A stretch of DNA of 64,000 bases from assembly GCA_002189035.1 (NCBI GenBank), contig CM007989.1, positions 7,564,001 to 7,628,000 of the forward strand, read 5' to 3'. This stretch comes from Utricularia gibba. Lineage: Eukaryota; Plantae; Magnoliophyta. Under the pieces are notes generated by a model, which was not told the origin of the DNA, searched no databases, and worked only from the letters and a program-made list of their open reading frames with translations. Each line of letters starts with the position of its first letter. Position 1 is the stretch's first letter. Made by a program: the position numbers and the translations under genes. Positions 49,801 to 62,771 of this stretch are shown piece by piece.

Positions 49801-51146
49801 CCATTTGAAGTCATAAAATCATAAGCTGCCAAACAATTTGAGGATTCAGGACATTAGAGGGGTAGAGGGTGGCTTTTTCGTGTGGTGTGTTATACAACAC
49901 TCTCTGACATCAAACCTGTTACATATTCATTGATCTTTCTTGCTGAGTTCCCCTTACGGTAACCCTTGTAAAGCTCGTTATTGATTTCTGCTGAAGTATT
50001 GCGCCACAAAAATAAACTCTGAGTGCATCGCAAATCTGCATTCCCACAAAATGGTTTCAGAGAACAGACCTATTCTATAGCAAGTCATAGAAGTTCAGTG
50101 GCAGAATCTACCTTGGGATATTGTAGTAAAACCTAAAGGGAGAGAAAACTCTAACTGAGAGTTTGAATCACAGCGAGGTTGAAAATAATCAACAGGAACA
50201 CCCGAAAAGAGAGCTGGCTCAAGATAATTGAAGTACTGAGGCGATGTCTCAGTACCCTGAAAAGAAAGATATGCTCAGTTGAGCCCAGGGATATCATTAC
50301 AACACAGGAGGAGTAACGAACCAAGGCATTGTATGCTAAGCTGTAAATTGGATCAGACAGATTCACACTGAAGGGCCTGGCCATCATATTTCCAAGCACA
50401 CCTAAGATGAGCAGACATTTGGATCATGTAAGCATCAACCTGGTAATCATGATAATGATAATAACAGGATGAAGACACATACGCTGAGCAAATGTCTCGT
50501 TACTCCCTGTAATAAGCAGCGTTGCAGGACAAGTTCCTGTACTTCTGCAAGAATCATCAGGCAAGTCCCCATGCGATGAAGAATCTGTACGAACTGCACG
50601 ATATCCTGGTGCAGGGACTTGGAGCAACACAGGCCATTCGGGAGGATGAGGAATGGCACAGGATCTTACTTGATGCAATGTCGAATATTCAACTCCACAT
50701 TTTCTAACACACTGACCATTTCCAGCAGTATCCACACATGCACAGCCACATCTGTTTGATGGCTTGTCTAATGCAAGTTCAACCATCCTTTGGATGAGAA
50801 CAAGCAACACACAGAGCATAAGTGGAATTATGACGAGTCCGAGGTTTGAACTAATGTTCCGCTTCTGCATGAAAAATTAAGTCGCCTCAGAGTACATCAG
50901 CATGCGTGGAAAACCAGAAATTACAGTTGAATAGGATTAAGATCACAGAAATCTTTATGGCTTCTGTGATTAAAAAGCTCCATACAAATGTTTTTAATAA
51001 TTGAAAAATGGTTTGGCTCCCAGTGAAGAAGACATCTGAAAAACAATCAATCTCATTAGAGAACAAGAAAATGAATAGAACAAACTCGCCTGGAAAGTCA
51101 GCTTCTTTCTCAGCAAAGCATTGGCCTGAGTGCAAAAGCTCGACAT
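46868..51146 (-). CDS. ABC transporter A family half-size protein (ABCA7-like), two apparent 1-nt deletions
   Basis: MSSFCTQANALLRKKLTFQ|KRN; CGVEYST..SCAIPHPPEWP; LVYEKENRLRIMMKMHGLGDGPYW; Walker A GSNGAGKT; signature YSGGMKRRL; Walker B VVYMDEP; H-loop THSMEEAE; ends AWG(L)VDTTLEDVFIKV..QSLSH*. Intron 1 has a GC donor. Confidence 0.94.
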
Positions 51147-51974
51147 CTCTTCCAAGAGTCTGAAACTTGTGGAAAGTTAGAAGAACTAAAACTACGTAAA
51201 AGGTATGTTTTTTAGCACATAATATTTTATACATGAAAAAACTAAAGTCAACACCTACAAAAAAAAACAATGTGGCTTGTGCTCCACCTAGCGTTTATGA
51301 AATTAATGGAACTACTTTAACCCAAACCTACTGTCGGATTTTCAACTGTTGTACAGTACTTTTTACCGTTCCCATATGGCAAATACCCCAAGTTTTCAAC
51401 TCATTACAAATTCGTACACCTGAATAGCAATGGAGTGTAGCCTAATTTTCCTTCTACTTTTTGTTGATAAAGTATTCATGATCAGCTTCCATTGTAGGCC
51501 AAGCGTGAAACTCCATTTGTGTGTGTTGTGACATGGGTTTTAGTACAAACAGGATCAATCTTAATGCTATATTGTAGACAAGCAAATTGGATATTACCTA
51601 AAAGTCGAAATTCCAAGTGCCTCGGCAGGAACGTCAGCAGAAGATTCCTACAATAAATGACTTGCCCAATCCGCCTCTGCGTTAGTTTCATCTTCTTCCT
51701 CTTGACTTTTTAACACAAAGATAGTTTCTTTAAAGAAAATATCAAAATACACAGATCATAAAAGGCTCAACCATGAGTAAATTAAGATCAGGCGTACATG
51801 GACAAAATGGGAGAACAAATGATTATCAATTTGGCCCCAAGGGTTTCGTCAAAATACAATTGTGACCACAGCCCGCCAGTGCGGGCCAAATTCAAACCGG
51901 CGAACTGCAGTCAGGTTGAGTACGAAGCATCTTCCCTGTTCGCAAGGAGTCGTCGTTCGTTCTTGACACACCAA

Positions 51975-53596
51975 ATGAAGAAATCAGATGACAGAGACAC
52001 GCTTACGAAGGTTGCGGAAGCGAGGCTAGTATGCGACCGGAAAATATCTCTGCAAAAGGCGAAAATCGACTCCTTGCACACTTCCTACGTGAATCTTTTC
52101 GAATCTGCGAAGTCCACTGCCCAGCGGACCACTGAACTTCAAGGCAAAACCTTCTCGTTTCACTGTTCATTTTCTTCCTCCGGACGGCTGCTCTTTTTTT
52201 TACTTTCTGAATGCACCGCGTTTCCGCAGAGAAATTGGGAAAGCTTAAAAGCGAATTGAGGGAAGACGAAGATAATCTGGAAGAGGCTCATGCTGGTATT
52301 CTTCTACGCCAATTGCGGGAAAAAAAATCTCTTTCAATGTGCTGGGTTTAAATCTCTGCTTCCCGATTATGCTTCAATTAGGTTAATCAGCACCATTGCA
52401 GATCAGTCTTTTTTGCTGTTGCAATGCAGCCCTTTCTTTTTCAAGATGAATTGGAAATTTTGTTGTGTATAACAACAATTTTCCTTCTTGTTGCGCATGG
52501 AACATCTCATGTGTCCTTGCATATCTCCAGTCAGGGCACGGAAAGAGGCGAAACGAGTAGCAATTGCAGAGTCCCTAGCTGCAATGAAAGAGAAAAATGC
52601 TGATTTAAAACGGGTTGTGGAAGAACAGAGAGCAATCAAGAACAAATACGCTGCCCTGATATCCCAACAGTCAGAAGGTGTGCCTGCCTGCAGAACCTTC
52701 ATGTCATGATATTTGATAAATACTGTACTAGTTTCATCCATTGTAGGTCTCTGAGGTGGGTATAATCTTTCGCTTTTGTCATATAGTGCTGGCTGATTTC
52801 CAGGAGAAGTGCAATCAGAGCAAAGAACACATGGAACTGATGGAGGAGGCTATCTCATGGTATAACAGAGCTCTCGGTTTTCGTATTGAAAATGGCCATG
52901 GTGAGTGTTTGCTACAGAAGTTGACCCTGATGAGGTTTTGTTTTCTCAACTTCTTTCCTTTTGTCAAGGTGTGAAATTCATATTCACAAACATCAGTCCA
53001 CAGAACACAGACAAAGAGTGCTCCTTTGTGATTGCTCTGGAGGGCAATACTTACAGTGGTATGTAAGACCATTAGCACCTGTCTCTTGCATTTTTCTTCT
53101 AGAGAGCTTCTAACCTGAAGCTGGTGTTTCTCCCCAGTCCTTGAGTGCAATCCATCTGTAGAGACACAAGAGCTTGTGGAAGAGCTGAACAAAAGCAATG
53201 ACCTCTTCAAATTTGTCAGGATCATGCGACAGAAATTTCAAGAAGCAGAAGGTGCATCCTCACATGTTTAGATCTGGTCATGTTTGCTCATGTTCCTACA
53301 CAAGATTCACTTCAGGGAAACTTGCTTGTATCCTCATTCGTTAATCTACGAGAACATAAACAATGATGGCTTATTCAGGAATTCCTATCCCCTGCTCATC
53401 AAATGAGGCACAGTCTCTGGATGTCTCTCTGGCCACTCCTGTTGTCCAAATCTCAACTGGTCACAGACGGGGGTCTCCATGCAAGATGAAGGGACTTCAT
53501 TCTACTGAGTCCAAAAGCAGTACAAGGGAGGTGCTTGAAGGCCATGATGTTCGATCACCGGGATCTCGCCGTTCTGCTCGTCTTCAGGGTGCTTGA
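51975..53596 (+). CDS. SPC25: Kinetochore protein SPC25 (NDC80 complex), 7 exons
   Basis: Coiled-coil N-terminus (EKLGKLKSELRE..ARKEAKRVAIAES); EAISWYNRALGFRIENGH|GVKFIFTNI; VLECNPS..ELNKSNDLFKFVRIMRQKFQEA; ends SPGSRRSARLQGA*. Confidence 0.9.
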
Positions 53597-53948
53597 AAGC
53601 ATCCACATCCATCCGATTACCACCCTTGAAATCCCCACAATGTTGATGATGGTTTGGAACCAAGGGGCACATCCCCAGCTTGAAATTTCCAGAAATTGTA
53701 CTCGCAAACTTCAGAGCACTCGATTAATGAACATCAATGCATCAAAGTTTCCGTTGGCAACTTTTGCCAAGTTCCAAGGGCTTGGATACACGGGTCATAT
53801 TATGGGCCCAAGATAAAGTGGATCCGAAAGTTCTTTCCTCACGGCCCACTGCCACTTGCCGAAGGATAGCCAAACCAGGCAGGACGACTGCGATATACTT
53901 AAGACAGCTCAGATGATGTGATCGGATTCATCGTCCAACCCATGATCG

Positions 53949-56900
53949 ATGATGAATGCTTTACTGATAAACAGAGCTTTGCGAAAAGCTGCGCCTTCTT
54001 TGGATGGCATCAGTGTCTCGAGGTAAATACAGAAACAAGTTGTATATTGGAACCTGAATATTGTTTTCATTATACTGTTGTCTGCATGATGTTATTGGGC
54101 ATCCTTCGTGTATGATGAGAGGGAATCAACGATTTCATGACGCTGAAATCGATTTGGACTTCTTTGAAATAAAATTTTAAAAAGTATATGGGATACGGAA
54201 AGAAGCTCTGTTAATGTAGTTCTCTGTGATATCGAGAGGAGAAATGTCTGAATACATACATTTTTACATCATCATTATCTGGCTGTCACATGCGGATTCA
54301 CCAGGTTTTATCGGCTGCTATCTTTTGCCACCGTAAATGCAGAGGAGGTATCAGGCTCCCGGCCTGCTGAGGTTCTTAACTTAGGTGCGCATCCTGATTC
54401 CTGAAGCTTTATTATCGATTTTTCAACTGCACTTGTGTCGATATTACCAAGTTAAAGAATCGGTTCCTTACCCTTCTTGGAATGCTTTGGTCTAGAAATT
54501 TTTACTCATTTTTATTTTAAGTTATATGAAAGTAACTTAAAAAAAAAAAACAATTCATATGCATGCTCTCCTGAGGGTTATGTGACCTAGTGATCTCCCT
54601 TCTAGTCAAGGGAAGTTGGAGTAAATCCTCTAGCTGGAACACAATAGTAGATCCTTTAAACGGAGAATCCTTCATTAAGGTTGCTGAAGTAGATGATAAA
54701 GGATTGCAGGTATTTGATTTTTGGCACGAAGCGCCTCAAATAAATTCGTATTAAGTGGATCTCTATTTGTGCAGCACTTTGTTGAGAGCCTCTCTCAATG
54801 CCCCAAACATGGTTTACACAATCCCTTTAAGGCCCCAGAAAGGTATACGAGATAAGAGCATTACATGATTAATTTTTTTTATACTGTTCCAGTGTTGCTG
54901 ATACTTATATGTATAGGTTGCATTGAGAATTTTAACTTAAACCATATTTTCCAGGTATCTCATGCTTGGAGAAGTGTCATCAAAAGCAGCTTACAAGCTT
55001 TCCTTACCAGAGGTGATCTCTTGGATTGAAGAAAGTCACGAGCATCTAGCATGTGAATGGCTGTCCTCTCTACATGTGGAGTAACCATGGTTCTTTTCGC
55101 TAGTAGGTCTCTAACTTCTTTGCCAAACTGATTCAACGAGTGAGCCCAAAGAGTTATCAGCAGGCTCTTGGTGAAGTTATTGTCACTCAGAAGTTTCTGG
55201 AAAATTTCAGTGGCGATCAGGTAATCATTCGCCACCACCGGAACCACCACATCGTCTGCCACTCATTTCCATCTTATATTAAAAAACTTTTTTGAGTATT
55301 TTGTGCAGGTCCGTTTCCTTGCTAGGTCATTTGCCGTACCTGGAAATCATCTGGGCCAGCAAAGTCATGGTTTTAGGTGGCCTTATGGACCCGTAAGTTC
55401 ATGTGCAGGGAATACTAGTTGGAGGGTTGATGATCAAAGCAGTATATGAACCAAAAACTGCAAAAAAAATTTTTAATAGGGATGGCTGTAAGGTGATATT
55501 GACAGTGGAACTGCTTTTCTAGGTTGCGATCATTACTCCTTTCAATTTTCCTTTAGAAATCCCTGTACTTCAACTAATGGGCGCTTTGTATATGGGGAAC
55601 AAGCCACTTCTCAAAGTTGACAGCAAGGTGAATATCTCATATGGCTGGTGTGTTTTTATCAACTCTGATTATGTTTTGGTATACACGAATACTTTATCCT
55701 ATTTCTTTATCCTATTTTCTAGGTCTGCATAGTGATGGAACAAATGCTCCGCCTACTCCATGAATGTGGTTTGCCTGCTGAGGATGTTGATTTTGTCAAT
55801 TCTGATGGCATGGTTATGAATAAGCTTCTGCTCGAGGTGCTCTTTTCTTATTTCCACTAGTGGAATGGTATTCTTCTGCAGGCACAATCTATACATTTCT
55901 ACTGTCTCAGGCGCAACCTCGCATGACTCTCTTCACCGGAAGCTCTAGAGTTGCTGAGAAGCTGTCCGGAGACTTGAGGGGTAGAATCAAGCTGGAAGAT
56001 GCTGGATTTGATTGGAAGATTCTTGGCCCTGACGTCCAAGAGGTGGTTCACTTCTCATGCTTTATCTTGTCTTCGCATCAGTTTTACTTGGAGTATATTT
56101 TACCAGGTGGATTATGTTGCCTGGGTTTGTGACCAAGATGCATACGCATGCAGTGGTCAGAAGTGCTCGGCGCAGTCAATTCTCTTCATGCACCAAGTAC
56201 GACTTTTGTTTCCCAACTACTGCAAAGTGAAAAAATGAGAGATGTACGATAAAATGCATTATATCGCTGCTCATACCTGTGCAGAACTGGAGTGAAAGTT
56301 CCCTTGTGCGGAAGTTGACTGATCTCGCCTCTAGGAGGAAGCTCGACGATCTAACTGTTGGCCCTGTTCTGACTGTAGGTTTTATTACTACCCCAGAAAC
56401 TAAAACAGAGAATTCAGTCGACTCACTCTACCAGTTGTGGTTTTCTCCTGCAGATCACAACGCAGAGAATGCTTGATCACTTGAAGAAGTTGCTGGAGAT
56501 CAAGGGAGCGAAGCTCCTATTTGGTGGGAAAGCTCTGGGAAACCACTCCATTCCAGCCATATATGGCGCCATTGAACCCACTGCTGTTTTCGTGCCACTG
56601 GAAGAGATCTTGAAGGATGAAAACTACGGACTCGTGACTAAAGAAATCTTCGGACCATTCCAGGTATGAAACCAAAGAATCTTCCTCCGGCATTCGTCTC
56701 GCACAATGCAGGCATGACGTTAAGCACCTTTCCCGCAGATCATCACGGAATACAAACACCAGCAGCTTCCGTCGGTGCTCGACGCGCTTGAGCGTATGCA
56801 AGCGCATTTAACCGCCGCAGTAGTTTCCAACGACCCCTTGTTTCAGCAGGTACCCAAACGGACGAAGTGCTTCTTCATTCTTTTTCTTTTTTTGAGGTAT

Positions 56901-57138
56901 TGATGGTCCGAATCCACAGGAGGTGATCGGAAATTCAGTGAACGGAACGACGTATGTCGGTTTGAGAGCGAGAACGACAGGAGCTCCTCAGAATCATTGG
57001 TTTGGGCCCGCCGGAGATCCTCGAGGAGCCGGAATCGGGACACCGGAGGCCATAAAACTCGTGTGGTCTTGCCATCGAGAGGTTATATATGACATAGGCC
57101 CCCTGCCGGTCAACTGGACCACTCCCCCTTCCACCTGA
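53949..57138 (+). CDS. ALDH12A1: Delta-1-pyrroline-5-carboxylate dehydrogenase, mitochondrial
   Basis: Transit-peptide-like exon 1 MMNALLINRALRKAAPSL..; KHGLHNPFKAPERYLMLG; HGFRWPYGPVAIITPFNFPLEIP; KLEDAGFDWKILGPD; DAYACSGQKCSAQS; KEIFGPFQ; GNSVNGTTYVGLRARTTGAPQNHWFGPAGDPRGAGIGTPEAIKLVWSCHRE. No frameshift found. Confidence 0.97.
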
Positions 57139-57372
57139 GAATGGAATTTCAGGTTCCATTTGCGGAAATATTTCACAGAATGTTGTTGACTCGTTCGGAG
57201 ACAAGGAATAAATAAATTCCAGAGAAATTATAATGAATTTATTATTCGACTTAATTATTTTCATTACATAAAATAATTTTTTATTATATTTTTAAATTAT
57301 TATTTAAACGAATTAAACTCATTTTTGATTTAATTATAATTGAATCGGATTTTAAAGGTTGATTGCCAGTAT

Positions 57373-57388
57373 GGCCCAGGCCCACGTG
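57373..57388. promoter_or_regulatory. Two tandem site II motifs overlapping a G-box upstream of the YLPM1-like gene
   Basis: GGCCCAGGCCCACGTG about 130-145 nt upstream of the ATG at 57520. Confidence 0.5.
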
Positions 57389-57519
57389 TGATTCTTTTGA
57401 TGGGCTGGCCGGCTCCCCTCAATTTAGAGGTGTAAACATTGGAAAAGAAGACTCTGCAATCTGTTGCAGTATTTCTTCTCGTGTTGGAAGGCTTCGTCGA
57501 GGGAGGGGATTTTCGAGGG

Positions 57520-60500
57520 ATGGAGTACAATACTTGGCGCCCATGGCAGCCGTCCGGAAGTTTCTGCCCCGTTTGTTCAAACTCTCACTTTCCGTTCTGT
57601 CCGCCTCCTCCACCCATCCAGCAGTACTACAGGCCTCCTCCTCCGCCCTTTCCATCGGATCAATTCTTTCCCGGTGCAGTGCCCGCGCCACCTATTCCGT
57701 ACAATCACTATGCCCACCATCCCCCTGTGAATCCTTATCCTCCATCAGCCGTGTATCCTTCGCCGCGACCCTGGAACGCCCACTCAACTCTAGGTGGTGA
57801 TTATGGGAATTCCAATTGTGAGGTGGATGTTGAGGGGGTAGTCGTATTGGTGTGAAGAGAATGCGTCTTGAAACATTTGGCGATGATGCGAGGAGATTAA
57901 GACTGGTTCGCGATCATGGGGTTAAGGGGCATAGCATGAACAGGAACTACAATGGTGGAGAGCATGCCTCTGTGTGCAATTCTTCCATTTCAGTTGCACA
58001 GCAGCACAATCTTGGAGACAGGGATAAGGTGATTGCAGGTAGTACTAATGCTCATGGAATAGATGGATTGAAAATGTTGGATCCGTCAGGTAGGAATAAT
58101 GCGAATCTCGCTTCTGAATGTGCATCTTACGCGGATACGAGGCAAAGAAATTCATCTGGAAACTGGGACTTTAACAATCAAGGTTTTCATTCCAATATGC
58201 CTAATTCAGCTACGTATGCTTTCCAAAATAATAAAACCTATATGCATCCGGTGAATGAACACCCCACACAATTTGCTTCTCCCATACCGTCTCTTTCCGT
58301 CGAACCATCAAGATATCCTTTCCCTGGTAATACTGGTTCATTGAAACCTGGACCTAGGGCCTTATTCCCTGTTGTTCTGGATTCTGGAGCATCTCATGCG
58401 TCGCGTGGCATAGCCTCTGAAGCCACTGGATCAGCTTCCTTACACTATCCTAGCCCAGGAAGTACTCATTCTGGTGTTTTCCGTGCTAAGGTTTGCTGCT
58501 TACTGATAATTTGCATGCCATGGAATTTAAGTTTTTAGGCTTGATGAATACAATTTCTAGTGATATGACAAGGTTACTGTGCATTCCAAGTTTTATGTTT
58601 AATACTTTTTCTTTCAGGAAAATCAAGGCTTAAAACTTGCTTCTGCTGATAATATCAAGAGCGAGACAGCAGAGCTTTCTTCCAAGCTTGCCCCACTCGG
58701 CAGGCCAACACTCGTTGATGCCTCTCATATATTAAAGCATCCATATCGTGCTAACGGGCCAGATAATATTGTTATAATCCTGCGTGGGCTCCCAGGTTAT
58801 TGTTAGATATTTTCATTTACAATTTTTTTTCCTGTTTCCCCTATCATACTTACTATATCATCTATTGGTTTATGGATTTTGCACGCGGATTTCAACTGTG
58901 ACCGCTGTTTTATACATTTTTGGCTCTATCAGGTGCATTTCTGTATGTCTGAGTAATGAGATGATCTTGATAATTCAGGAAGTGGAAAAAGCTATTTAGC
59001 TAAAGTTTTGCGTGACCTTGAGGTTGAAAATGGTGGCTCCGCTCCAAGGATTCATTCCATGGATGAATATTTCATGAATGAAATCGAGAAGGTTCTATGA
59101 TTTGCATCCTTTGTTGCTTTTTTAAAGTCGCAGAAACATTTCTTTATGTTTCTTTTACAGTGCGTTATCTTAATTTTGAGGTTTTGACCTTTTTCATGGC
59201 ATTATTCAATAAATAAGATGCCTTTTTTTTCAAACTTGTAGGTTGAGGAGAGTGATAAATCCAGTATTTCTGGTACTAGTAGGACCAAAAAGCCTACTAA
59301 GCAGAAGGTCATGGAGTACGTATATGAACCCGAGATGGAAGAGGTACAATAAAGGTTTTGTTATAAGTTATTGACATTTAGGGTCCCGACCTGTTAAATT
59401 TCTGCAAACCAACGCGCGAGTAGCAAAATTTTTTTCATCACATAAAAATAACCTGTAATGATGTGTGCTTGTTTTACATAGGGCAAGTACTCATGTCATG
59501 CCAGCATATATATTTTTGAGTGTAATATGCTTCTTTTTGAAAAATATCATCTTTTATAAAAATACACGTGAGTGATGAAGTCACTTGATTCTTTGATTAA
59601 TCTTATATAGCTCTCTGATTTTGTAACTTTCAGGTCTACCGATCTAGCATGTTGAAGGCATTTAAAAAGTCCCTTGATGAGGGAGTGTTCCCTTTTGTTA
59701 TTGGTATGGGTGTTTACTTTAATACTGTATACGATTTTGATGTGCAGTTCATTTATAATCATGAGTGTTTCTCTGTGCTTATGATATCCTTTTCGGGATT
59801 CGTTTTCTGTATTCTTCATAGATGTAGTTGAAATTTATAATTGATATGTGACCATCCTTGCCCCAAAAAGATTAAATTAGAAAAAGTTATTCTGTAAGTC
59901 AAGTCGACCATGAGTTTGACTAACTCCAGATGCAGTTTATATAGCTATATTGACCCATTTGTTGGTGGTATTTGTTCCTCATCTTAGTGGATGACCGCAA
60001 TCTGCGGGTAGCTGATTTTGCTCAGTTTTGGGCAACTGCAAAGGTATACACTCCACTCCTATTTCAAGGGGGGTTTCTGCCAGTCTTGTTATCATACATA
60101 GGATTAGGATTTTTTATTTTTGCAAATTATTCCCCCTCTTTTGTCAGGTAACCATGCATGCTATACACCAATTGGCTGTAGGAAGAACGAGCCTACTATT
60201 ACTATATTGTGTCTTTCTACAGTATTTAATCACTGTTTGCATCTTCCAATAGGGTGCTTTTTTTAAAAAATCCTTTAACACATACCATTAGATGTCCTTT
60301 AATCATCCTCCACAACTCTAACCTTACTCCCTTCCTGTAACCAAGCAGTGGGAAGGATGAAGCCTAGTGTTTTCTCTTTGCTCCCCATTTAAGATTTCTG
60401 ATAATCTATCTTATGTATGTTTTTATAGGATTAACTGATATTTAACTTTTTGTCATTTAAAAATGGTAGGATGTTCCTGTAAACGTGCAATAACCATCAT

Positions 60501-62771
60501 TTACAGCGATCTTATGCTTGATAGATTAGATTTAAAGGACTTATTTGTCATAAAACATTTCCAGTGTGATCTGCCCAACCACTTTTCAACGTATTTTTCC
60601 ATTTATAGTTAGCAATTTATGACCTTCTCCATTCATAATTATGAAATACAACCTTTTTCTTGTGAACACTTCCTGCAGTGTATTTTTCTGGGGTTCATAT
60701 GTTTATAGTGTGGGAATGTGACATCTGTGTCTGTTTTGTACCAAGAATTCTATTGATGACCTCCCATGAACATGCTGTTATGTTGCTTCTTGTGCTTGTT
60801 ATCTCATTACTCTGCTTCATTCATGTGATGGATAGAATCCTGCTTATTAGTTTCATGCTTCAGCATGAATACTCTGCTTATTACTCCTTTTCTTTTCCCA
60901 GAGTTCGGGCTATGAGGTCTATTTACTGGAAGCAACCTACAAGGACCCAGCAGTGAGTTTTTTTCGTGCTAATTGTGCTTTCAAATTTTTCTCCCATACT
61001 GAAGAGTTCAGTTATTTTTTTCAGATGTCTAACAAATAAGAAATTGGGATGGGTTTATCTTTAGTCAGTTGAAATACTTTTAGCGAAAGAAAATACTGAG
61101 TTTTCTTTGATGAAGGGATGTGCGGCAAGGAATGTTCATGGTTTCACGCTGGAGGACATACAAAAAATGGCTAACCAATGGGAGGATGCATCTTCCTTGT
61201 ATATGAGACTAGATGCCAAGGTATGCATGTTTCTTTTGTTTCTAAGTTTTAACTGATACAAGAATAAAAAACAATTATTGACATAATGATAATTTTATGA
61301 AGTCCAAACTCCTAACATCAAGGTTTGTATATGGCAGTCACTGCTTCATGGTGATTCTTTGGAGGGAATTGTATTCAAGAGGTAATTGGTTTTTTTTTTT
61401 TTTCCTTCACGTGTTGATCTTGGGAGTGCACAGTTAAATTGATTTATTCTGTATGGCAATGTATTAATTTTTTTGAACATTATGCTCTTTTATATTTTGC
61501 TACTCCCTGATTATAATTCTGGGGTTTTCATGTGATATGCTCGTGGGAAATCATAATGGTTCGCACTTGCAGTCTCTATGTACTGTTTTCCTTGTCATGT
61601 CTGTCTTATCTAGTTTTTTTAGTTGAGCTTGAAAAGTACGCATACCTAAGAAGTCAGAATGCATGTCATTTTCCATCTTCACTTATCATATATAGCCTTG
61701 AGTATTCGTTATTGATTCAGGTTGACATGGATACAGAAGAAACAAATTGTAGTGATGAGCTTGCTGACTCCGGAGGTACAAAGAACGATTATTCTGGAGC
61801 GCCCACTGAAGCTGAAGTATCCAGTAATGGTATATATTCGGATGAGTAGTTTATCTTTGCGTTGGAGATTCTCCCTCTATAACATTGTCACACGTGCACA
61901 CACATTGCATAGCACAAAACCTGCACCGTATGTGCACTTTGAGATAGAAAAATTACCTCCAGTGGAAATCTGTCCCGTATATCATTCTCCAATTCTAATG
62001 TAATACCTGCTTTTTTTAAATAAACTAGGTATATTAAGAGGGGAATTTGTTGAAGACAATACAGTGGAACCCGTGAAAGAATTGGAAGAGAGTAAATGGT
62101 CAAATGATTTGGATGATGAAGTTGCCGATCATACTGAAGCAGCAGTTGGAAGCTCAAGTACCATCTCCATTGTAACGAAACATTTCGGCAAGCAAGGTAA
62201 ATCTGTGCGTTGGGCTGACCAGGTAAAGCTTTTGACACTGTTCTGTAGAGATGATTGCCTGCTAATAGATTATGCTTGTGTGCCACTCATCATTGTTTCT
62301 CGTGTGCCAATGCTGCCGATCTGCATATGCGATTAAATCATCTTCTGTTGCATCGAGTTTGCATCACATGCTTCTTCCTTTGTAATGCACAACAACAAGC
62401 CTACTAGGTACCTATCCGTGTTGGTTTTTCAGAACGGCAGCATTGGCTTCTCAATAGGTGCTGGAAAGGTGGCGTACGTGTCTCTGATGATCGGCCCTGG
62501 TTCTGGATACAACTATGTAAGATGCTTGCCCCATCACTGCTTGATTTGTGGGTTGTGTTATTTCGTTCTTGTGTAGTTATGCTGCAATTTAATTCGTTGG
62601 TTACAGAAGTCGAATCCATTGCCAGAGGAAGAGAAGTTGAGTTGGAGGAATGTGGAATCGAGAAAGCAAAGTGTGTTCCAAGATCAGCTGCGCGCTGAGC
62701 GGGAGTCATTCAGAGCGGTGTTCGACGAGAGGAGGCACCATCGTTTCACTGCAGAGGACGACCAGTCGTGA
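57520..62771 (+). CDS. YLPM1/ZAP3-like P-loop NTPase-domain protein, two apparent 1-nt deletions
   Basis: MEYNTWRPW..CPVCSNSHFPFCPPPPP; Walker A IILRGLPG|SGKSYLAK; RIHSMDEYFM; YVYEPEMEE|VYRSSMLKAF; VDDRNLRVADFAQFWATAK; GYEVYLLEATYKDPA|GCAARNVHGF; KSVRWADQ; ends FQDQLRAERESFRAVFD..DDQS*. Confidence 0.9.
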
